64,000 bases of DNA, from positions 19,034,001 through 19,098,000 of the forward strand of contig OX597840.1 in assembly GCA_951406725.2 (NCBI GenBank), written 5' to 3'. The notes beneath the pieces were generated by a model. It did no database searches. It saw only the letters and a list, made by a program, of their open reading frames with translations, and was not told the origin of the DNA. The position numbers were made by a program, and so were the translations under genes. This document shows, in pieces, positions 53,940 through 64,000 of the stretch. Origin of the DNA: Octopus vulgaris (lineage: Eukaryota). Each line of letters opens with the position of its first letter. Position 1 is the first letter of the stretch.

Positions 53940-56006
53940 GGTTCCGGTAGTTCAGTTGTCTTCACTGTACCCTTGAAGTCGCCACGCTGAGGTACAGCTG
54001 GCGGAAATTGTATTTCAAAGACGCTCTACTGTAGGGTAAGACTCTTTGCTTTTTGAGTCCAGTGGGATTTGTTGTCTGTAAGCTTTATTTTTTGTACATG
54101 CAAGGAGTCCTCACTGGATTCGGAACTTTTGGTCTGCTTGCGGTAGAGACATGTGTTTTTCTCATATAATTGTGAGAACTGCTGCGTGGAGTTGTCTCCA
54201 AATTGTTTATGAGAATTTAATTATTCTCAATTATTTTGAAGAACTGTTTTATGTGCCTGCATGGAAGTCTTTCAAAGAACTTCAAAGATTACACCAAGGG
54301 AAGCTGCGAAGGCCAGGACTACCATACGGCCGAAAAACATTTTTCTTTGCTGTTTTTTGAACTCTCGTTCTCTTCTGTCATTAATTTGAAAAAAACTGTA
54401 TTGAACTGTTTATTTATTTTTTTTTTCTCTTTTGTTAAATCTTTATTCCTTTTTGTTTTCTTTCTTTATTATTTCACAAAAAAAAATGTGGACTTTATTT
54501 AGACTTTTACGTTGAAATGGCAAAGAAAATTGTTGAATGGGAATTAACACCTCCCAAAACATGGCTTGAAGAGTTTGAAAGGAAGACGGTGGTGTTATGT
54601 ACTTAGTCCAGTTCGCTCGATACCATAGCCATCTTCCCGAAAACCATAATTATAAAAGAGCTGGCAGAGTATATGCCAGCTATTAAATATATTTCACGGG
54701 GGGGGGGGGGGGTCAAAAATGCAACGGTGTGGTTGCTATTTGACTCCCCCGAAAAAGCTTGCAAATTTGCAAGCCTGCCCCTGGAGGGCAGTGAAATTCT
54801 GTTCCTTCCGACATATCGAGGGGAGAAGTTGACGAAGGCTTGGGTCTGCGGTTTGCCACCCGGAATTGAGCCCGAGTGGATAAAGGATTCTATCCGCCAG
54901 TGTCTGGGTGGTAGCAGTACCAAGCTGCTCGATGTTAAAATTTTGCCTGCGGCTGATTGGTTGGGGTCAAAAGCTGTTTTGACCCTATGGACCCAATCAA
55001 CCGAAAGTCTGTTTTTTCCAGATTTTTAAAGGATGGCGGTGTCTAGGTATCCGGTGATACTCGAGGGAAGCCCCCCCCCACCAAGTGTCACCTGTGTCTG
55101 GAAACCGGCCATATCAAGAAGAACTGCCCCAAGGACCAAAATAGGGTCCTGGAGCAGTTAATAGACGCACCACTCCCTCATCGGAGGGAGAGAAGGAGGA
55201 AGTCGAGGAGGTGGAAACCTCCTCGAAAAACCAAGAACGAAAGGTAGGCAACAATTGTTGCCAACCGAAGGACCCGAGGGCTGCGGGAGGAAGGGAGGAC
55301 CTACTGGACAAAGCAGAGGAACACCACACTCACGTGGTCCAAGGGAAAAAGAAAAAAACGGGACATTGCCGGCGATTTGTGACACACTACCGGCGTGTCC
55401 CGATGCTCCTTCGGCGGGTGTGCCACTGGAGGAGCAATTTGTGGTCCTCTTCCACAAGGGAGGGACACTGCTGAACTTGGTTTAGAAATTTGAAAGGAAA
55501 GGCCGGTGGAAGGGGCTTCTGTCCTGCACGGAGAACCCTGAGTGGTCTTCGCAGGTAGTTGCGGAGGTCATATGGGAAACCGATCTGTGCAGGATAATGA
55601 ATTTCTTCCCAGCGAACTCCTTTAGATATATGACCAAGTTGCCCGGCTTGAAACCGACTAGGTGCTTCGAAGAAGCGAAGAGCCTGGTCGGACAGAAAAG
55701 CTGAATTGTTGTATATTTGTGTAAGAGGTGTATTGCGTCAAAATGACTTTTATAATGCGGAAAAGTAAAAGGATTATTGCCTCGTTAATGTGTTTTTTTT
55801 CTTACTGAACCGTGTAAGAGTTTTATTGCTTCAGAGTGTTATTTTAAAAAGAACAATGTTTTAGAGAAGCAAAAGTCGGTGGGCGCTTTCGTCTTCTCCC
55901 ATCCTTATCATCCTTGTATCATTATTATTCATCTCATTAATGTCCGTGTCCAGCCCGCACGTTTCCTTACTCTGTGTGCTGCCCTTGTGGCAAATTTAAT
56001 GAAATA
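53940..56006 (+). mobile_element. ORF1-only (HAL1-like) L1/Tx1-type retroposon with 15-bp TSD
   Basis: TSD AAGAAG(C/T)TTGCTTCC at 53925-53939 and 56007-56021. One decayed ORF1-like frame; no EN or RT motifs. Confidence 0.75.
54517..55705 (+). pseudogene. Decayed LINE ORF1/gag-like protein with CX2CX4HX4C zinc knuckle
   Basis: ATG at 54517, in-frame stops at 54604 and 55027, frameshift in a C-run, then KCHLCLETGHIKKNCP at 55083-55130. The upstream VCGLPPGIEPEWI segment resembles the ORF1 RRM region. Confidence 0.8.
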
Positions 56007-56199
56007 AAGAAGTTTGCTTCCCAATCACGTGGTTTCGGTCCAGTCTCATTGCATGGCACTTTGGCCAAGTGTCTTCCACTATAGCCTCGGGCCGACCTAA
56101 GCCTTAAGCCTTGTGAGCGTATTTGGTTGACGGAAACTGAAAGAAATGTATATATACATATACACATATACACACACACACACATATATATATATGTAC

Positions 56200-56261
<62 letters not shown>

Positions 56262-56268
56262 CTATCTA

Positions 56269-56306
<38 letters not shown>

Positions 56307-56355
56307 GTGAAATAGAAAGATGAATAATCTTGTAGTAGATTAATCAAAAGTTTTC

Positions 56356-56435
56356 TTCCTGAAGAGAAAGACACAATATGGTCCCATTATTCCATCGGAT
56401 TTTGGTAATTTGTGCCTTTCGAAACACGTGTAGAA
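56356..56435 (+). ncRNA. Type I hammerhead ribozyme motif in a short PLE-type remnant (~56303-56500)
   Basis: TTC-CTGAAGA-GAAAGACACAA...TTGTGCCTTTC-GAAA-CACGTG-TA-GAA. All stems can form; between (TA)n tracts. Confidence 0.8.
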
Positions 56436-56497
56436 TGAAATAAAACGATTTCTGTTCAATCTGCGTTCAGCTCCATTTCTTCAATTCACCAATAATG

Positions 56498-56550
<53 letters not shown>

Positions 56551-56610
56551 CATATATATATATCTATATAGATATGTATATATATGTATGTATATATGTA
56601 TGTATATATA

Positions 56611-57401
56611 TGTAGGAGAGTGGAGAGAACCCGCCGTTAGGGAGCGAAAGACTTAAGTAACTAAATGTCTAAAAATTATTGCTAATTTGTCGTCAAAACA
56701 CCTTTCTAGAAAAATCAAGAACAAAACTAGCAAAGTTTGTTTCCCTCGAGGAAACATTGGACACTTTGCAGCAAAACCCGAAAGAAATCTGCCAGGTTTA
56801 CTCACCTTCGTGAGCCCCAGAAGATTTCTTAAAGTCAGATTGTCGGAGAAGATTAAAAAATGAAGAGCTCTGATCTTGAATCCAGGGAGGATGCCCTTAA
56901 CATAGCCAGATGTGCGATACTGAGGCAAGGCTAAAGAAGTAGGGATCGAACAGGAGAGAAACAGAGAAGGCAGCTCAAAGTCGAAGAGAGGGAAGAGAAG
57001 CTGTTGATTGCCTTTGCTGCATATGCAGACGTTTGTTTTGGCATGAGAAGCAACTTGTTCAACCAAGTTCAATGTACGATAAGATGACCGTCTTTACGAA
57101 CGTGATAGTTCATCTAACACACAAGTTTTACTGTTATTGGTAAATGTTGTGTAGAGTCTTGTAAGCAAATATAAACAAAGGAACATAGAAAATAAGAGAG
57201 AAGCAAAGCGAGAAAGAGAAAGAGAAAATCGGTTAAGCAGATTGAGAGAATGACTGGTGACGTCAGCAACTTAATTTAGCTTATTGACCAATGGTATTCG
57301 GTTCCAATCACAAAAAACATTCATTTGTTTTGTTATTTGGAATTCATCTAAATGATAAAAGTTATTAATATATCTGTGGTAGCTGTATACAAACGCCTAC
57401 A
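56611..57401 (-). mobile_element. Putative solo LTR
   Basis: 791-bp unique block bounded by TGTAGG...CCTACA inside microsatellite, with two CCAAT boxes and TGACGTCA near one end. No clear TSD. Confidence 0.5.
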
Positions 57402-57697
57402 CATTTGCATGTATGTATGTGTGTGTGTATGTATATATATATATTTGTTTTTTATATACACATAATATATATATATATATCCACTCAATATATCCGTTCG
57501 TAGTTGTACTGTCCTACGCAACAAGCTTTCACACGTATATATGTATGTCCTACGCAGCATAATTTCATACGTATGTATTTGTGTGTGTATGTATGTGTGT
57601 GTGTCTATGTATGTATATGTGTGTCTGTGTGTATGTATGTATGTATGTATGTATGTATGTATGTATGTATGTATGTATGTATGTGTGTGTGTGTGAA

Positions 57698-57908
57698 GGC
57701 GGCGAGCTGGCAGAAACGTTAGCACGCCGGGCGAAATGCGTAGCCGTATTTCGTCTGTCGTTACGTTCCGAGTTCAAATTCCGCCGAGGTCGACTTTGCC
57801 TTTCATCCTTTCGGGGTCGATAAATAAAGTACCAGATTCACGACTTAATCCCTTTGTCTGTCCTTGTTTATCCCCTCTATGTTTAGCCCCTTGTGGGTAG
57901 TGAAGAAA
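57698..57908 (+). mobile_element. SINE family K
   Basis: Head and tail present, with a small internal deletion. Confidence 0.9.
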
Positions 57909-57912
57909 TGTA

Positions 57913-57945
<33 letters not shown>

Positions 57946-58445
57946 ATGTATGTATGTATGTATGTATGTTCTTTTCTGTTTTTAATTATTCAAATTCTTC
58001 ATCTGAAGAAGGAGCCGGTTTTTAACAAAGATGCAAAGCTCCATCGTTGAAATGTTGATAACGAAAACAATGTCAAGCTTTAAAACCCGAGAAAAATCTT
58101 GCATAACTTTACTGTTCCGCTTTACGGATTGTATTCGTAAAGCATGAGTCAGAGGATCTCGTTTTCTGAAAATCCTAGCTTATCCAGACAGACAGAGATC
58201 TCTGTATATACTTATATGTGTATGTGCGCGCGCACGTGATTTTGCTCTCCACCACCACCACCACCACCACCACAACTGCTTCACAGCTGGTGTTAGTTTG
58301 TTTACTTGCCCATCACTTAGTGGTTTGGAAAAAGTGACCGATAGAATATGTACCAGTCATTAAAAATTGTTCAATACAACGCCCCAGCATGCCCGCTGTC
58401 TAATGGATTAAGTGAAACAAATCAAAGATTATATATATATATATA

Positions 58446-58672
58446 TCTCTATATATAAAGCTGAAGTTGTCTGTGTGTGGCAGGTTTGGTAGCCTTCAAC
58501 TAACACTATCTCCTCCGAGACCCTGCGGCGCAAGTTGATCAAAATTGAGAGTATGATAGAAGAAGGCTTGCTCGTCCTTCCTTAAAAGATAAAATTCAAA
58601 TTGGACCATGTTAACACCAAAAATTATTTACATCAAAAAGGTGCTTTTTTTTTTTTGAAAATCCCTATTTTT
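58446..58672 (+). mobile_element. Helitron family H1, 3'-truncated
   Basis: Matches the first ~225 bp of 28833-29220. Confidence 0.88.
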
Positions 58673-60085
<1,413 letters not shown>

Positions 60086-60087
60086 AA

Positions 60088-60301
60088 GGCGGTGAGCTGG
60101 CAGAAACGTTAGCACGCCGGGCGAAATGCGTAGCTGTTACGTTCTGAGTTCAAATTCAGCCGAGGTCGACTTTGCCTTTCATCCTTTCGAGGTCGATAAA
60201 TTAAGTACCAGTTACACACTGGAGTCGATGTAATCGACTTAATCCGTTTGTCTGTCCTTGTTTGTCCCCTCTGTGTTTAGACCCTTGTGGGTAGTAAAGA
60301 A

Positions 60302-60303
<2 letters not shown>
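60088..60303 (+). mobile_element. SINE family K
   Basis: Near-complete copy. Confidence 0.9.
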
Positions 60304-60367
<64 letters not shown>

Positions 60368-60387
60368 TAGAAAAGATTTCTGGTAAT

Positions 60388-60630
60388 CTGCATCCCACAC
60401 AATAGCTCAGAACAAAGCAAATTCTTCAGCTTTCCCTTTCAGATAGCAACCTCTCACAGCAATACCTCATACTCACAAATTCTAGCTTTGATGTTGTGCA
60501 GCACTGCTGCATCCCACACAATAGCTCAGAACAAAGCCAATTCTTCAGCTTTCCCTTTCCGATAGCAACCGCTCACAGCAATTCCCCCATATTCACAAAT
60601 TCTAGCTTTGATGTTGCGCAGCACTGCTGC
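60388..60630. repeat. Tandem duplication of a ~119-bp unit
   Basis: CTGCATCCCACACAATAGCTCAGAACAAAGC...GCAGCACTG occurs twice. Confidence 0.9.
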
Positions 60631-62010
60631 TACTCGGGACCAACAGACCGTTTTAGGGCCTTTTTGTTTCAAAGCACAAAACCACGATTTAACAAGACAC
60701 TCTTCGTATATCACAGCGAAGAAGTGACCGAGAAGCATTCTCCCCCATGGCTTGCCGTTTGCGACGCCTTTTCTCTACACCACTTTTAAGTGGCTTAACC
60801 GTTCCTCTTCTATTAGATTCTTCTTTACAACTCTCTGTTTGTTTAAGCTAACAACACACAGCCATATAAATCATATTCGCTATATCTATCATATATTTCT
60901 TATTTCTTATTTCTCTCGTATTTTATATATTTCTCAATTATTATTGTTGTTGATTTACGTTTTTTTTAATATATTAATATTTTCTTCCTTCCATTGTGAC
61001 CAACTCCAAGTTTTATGAATATTTCAAATATACACACATACGTTATATGTATGTATATTTGTGTAAATATGTATACACACACACACTCACACACCCCTTA
61101 CACACGCCTGCACACACATACACAATATATAATTATATATATATAATATAGAAGAAACATGTATACATATAAAAACTGTGTATTTTTATAATATATATAT
61201 GTATACACACACACATATGTATAGATGTATATTATATGTACAATATATAAGTACGTATGTATGCATGTATATACGTATAATATAATATGTATGTGCATAT
61301 ATTTATGTATATACGTATACACGCGCGCGCACACACCCATATATATATTAATAAATACAGTAAGATAACAAAAGAAAGAAAGAGACCTCGATATTATGTA
61401 AATAGAGGAACACATAAGTACATATGCATATATACACCCACAGATATATGTGTATATATTTACACACACGCACACATGCTTTCAAATGCGTCTGTATTGG
61501 CAAGGCTATAAAAGTTATCATATGATCTTGGAAGTGGACACTGAAAAGATGAAAATATTAAAAAAGATAAAGATAAAAATGACAATAAAACAACGACGAC
61601 AATAATTCAGGAATCTATAAAAGAAAATATAAGGAAGAAAGAAAGGCTCGTAAGATTTATATACCTATGGGTGTTCAGTACTAATAATATCTTCATTATC
61701 ACCGTCGTCATCCTCGTCCTCATCATTATCGTCATCAGCGTCATCAGCGTCGTCGTCGTCATCATCATCATCATCATCGCCGTCGTTGTCATCATCGTCG
61801 TCATCATCATCATCGTCATCATCGTCATCATCATCATCATTGTCATCATCGTCGTCATCATCCTCATCGTCATCATCATCATTATCGTCATCATCGTCAT
61901 CATCGTCATCATCGTCATCATCATCATCATCATTGTCGTTGTCATTATCGTCATCATTATCGTTATTATCATCATCGTCGTCGTCGTCGTCGTTATCATC
62001 ATCACTGTTG

Positions 62011-62052
<42 letters not shown>

Positions 62053-62053
<1 letters not shown>

Positions 62054-62199
62054 GGAGTGGTAGTTTGCTTACAAACCACATGGTTCCGGGTTCAGTCCTA
62101 CTGCGTGGCACCTTGGGCAAGTGTCTTCTACTATAGCCTCGGGCCGACCAAACCTTTGTGAGTGGATTTGATAGACGGAAACTGAAAGAAGCCCGTCGT

Positions 62200-62271
<72 letters not shown>

Positions 62272-62490
62272 ATTTGTATGTCTGTATTTGTCTCCTCTAC
62301 ATCGCTTGACAACTGATGATGGTGTGTTTACGTCCCTGTAACTTAGCGGTTCGGCAAAAGAGACCGATAGAATAAGTACCAGGCATACAAAGAATAAGTC
62401 CTGGGGTCGATTTGATCGACTGAAGGCGGTGCTCCAGCATGGCCGCAGTCAAATGACTGAAACAAGTAAAAGAGTAAAGGGAATAAAGAG
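62053..62490 (+). mobile_element. SINE family C
   Basis: Near-complete copy. Confidence 0.9.
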
Positions 62491-62494
62491 TATT

Positions 62495-62790
62495 ATTATT
62501 TTATGCTTGACTTCTGCTTTTATATAATGTAAATTAAATAAAACAAAGAAATATGTAAATATAGTGAAAGTGTTACACTTCAGGTTCACATTTATATTTT
62601 TTATTCTTATTTTTATTTTTAAGGATTGTGTAGGGATCAAGTGGTCAAGTTTGTATATTAAGGTGTGTCTGTACTTTTGTACGAAAAAGTTTTCCTTGTT
62701 TAGCCGTTCTTGTAAGGAGATTGAATCATTGCATTGATATAATGGAAAAATATGGTGTTTTACTTCTTGCGCATCTGTCAATACGTTCGC
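62495..62790 (-). mobile_element. Inverted 3' end of the Penelope-like element (EN C-terminus and 3' UTR)
   Basis: Minus frame IFPLYQCNDSISLQERLNKENFFVQKY resembles the RxxxExxxIxxxxPxLN end of the PLE GIY-YIG domain, and it abuts the RT in opposite orientation. Confidence 0.6.
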
Positions 62791-64000
62791 TCAGAACCAT
62801 TTGCCTGTTCACACTTTCTATAAACCAAACATTGTACCAAACTTCAATAATCTACAATGGTAACACCTACTTCGACTAAAAAACGACGAAGACCTGATAA
62901 TCAAAGAAGCAGAGAAAGGTAGTGCTGTGTTCCTGATGGACACAGAATAATAAAAAAACCTAGCATTATCCATATTATAAAATGACTCCTTTTATGAAAA
63001 AGTTGCAAATTATAGGCAGCAAAAAACATTAAAAGGTCTTGCATCTTTAATACTCAAACATGAAAAAGGTCTCATAGAAAAAGAAAAGTTTATATCACAA
63101 AGTTTAAAAGCAAACCAAGCCTTTTCTATGGCCTCCCCCGAATCCGGAAGAGTAAGATTATTGCCAATGCCTGTAAATCAAATCGAGGTTTATACATAAA
63201 TATCTCAACACCAGAAAACTTAAAATTAAGGCCGATTATAGCGTCCCCAGCCTGTGAAAAACACCACCTAAGCAATTTTCTGCACTTTTCCTCAGATACA
63301 TTAAAAGTTTCATTAGAGACGATCTGGATATACAAGAACATCTACCAAAAACCAACAACGAAGAAACACTATTAGTTTCCTTCGATGTCATCAACCTCTA
63401 CCCCAACATTCTATATGACTACGGAATAGAGGCAATAAAATTCTGGTTAGAAAAATACCCCGAAGGTCTCCCGGACCGCATAGACCAGACTTTTGTCTTT
63501 GAATCTCTGAAGTTCATCCTACAAAACAATTAATTCCTGTTTGATGAAACATACTACCGCCAAAAATGCGGTATTGCGATGGGAACAAAAGCCGCGCCTG
63601 TCCTTGAGAACCTAATAATGGATTTCTTTGAATCTATGAATTTTCGCTCCAAAGATTTGGATCCCCATTCCACCAGTATATAAGAGAAAATTGGAAAAGG
63701 TACCTAGACGACTGTTTTATCATCAGGAATGAAACATATGATAAAATTCTGGATTTCAAATTTACAATAAACAACATAACCTCCAATATTTAATTTATAA
63801 TGGAATGAAAAGCTCCCAATTCAGGACATTTTGATTTTAAAAAATCCAACAACCAAATTGCAACCGACATCTGCCACAAACCAACAGACTCAAAACAGTA
63901 ACTCTTTTTCAGTTCATGCCATCCTAAACTCACAAAAATAAATATCCCATTCAATCTAGCAAAAGGATCTAGCAAAAATGGGTATATCAGATACAATTGC
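62791..64000 (+). pseudogene. Penelope-like element reverse transcriptase, decayed, runs off the window
   Basis: LKNDEDLIIKEAEKGSAVFLMD, FYGLPRIRK, LRPIIA, LVSFDVINLYPNI, QKCGIAMGTKAAP, WKRYLDDCFII (63701) and HKPTD..SSCHP. Contains stops and frameshifts. Confidence 0.92.

Larger units (their letters stand above)
53903..56145 (+). mobile_element. Family C SINE split by a 2-kb insertion (pieces 53903-53939 and 56007-56145)
   Basis: The head stops at GCTTGCTTCC and resumes as GTTTGCTTCCCAATCACGTGG after the insert. Confidence 0.8.

Noticed and set aside
57995-58062. CTGAAGA..GGAGC/GCTCC..GAAATGTTG as a further hammerhead
   Set aside because: Extra bases lie between stem II and GAAA and stem I is poor. 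Similarly weak cases at 17893, 18825 and 51680 were also left uncalled.
61607-62312. Asp-rich, Ser-rich and Met-rich ORFs resembling acidic biomineral proteins
   Set aside because: A degenerate (ATC/GTC)n tract open in many frames; the Asp-rich ORF starts inside a SINE and has no signal peptide or splice support.

Overview
AT-rich animal genomic DNA, most likely from an octopus (coleoid cephalopod), judged from its tRNA-headed SINE families and dense (TA)n/(CA)n/(TATG)n/(TCTA)n microsatellites. No host protein-coding exon can be supported; almost all long ORFs in the track are microsatellite translations. The window looks like intergenic or intronic sequence built from nested mobile elements: three abundant SINE families, RTE/BovB and RTE-X LINE fragments, mariner/Tc1 relics, a near full-length Merlin/ISXO2-type transposase pseudogene, several Helitrons, a probable solo LTR, and a Penelope-like reverse transcriptase at the right edge. 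Three features stand out. (1) About a dozen minimal type I hammerhead-ribozyme motifs from several unrelated short families, mostly beside microsatellites and often with inverted arms, as expected for Penelope-like element ends; one motif sits behind a tRNA-like head. (2) A 2.07-kb ORF1-only (HAL1-like) retroposon with a CCHC knuckle, inserted with a 15-bp TSD into one SINE's head and sharing its 3' tail with another SINE family. (3) A 220-bp near-perfect inverted repeat of an unidentified structured repeat. All calls were made by eye; coordinates are approximate to a few bases.
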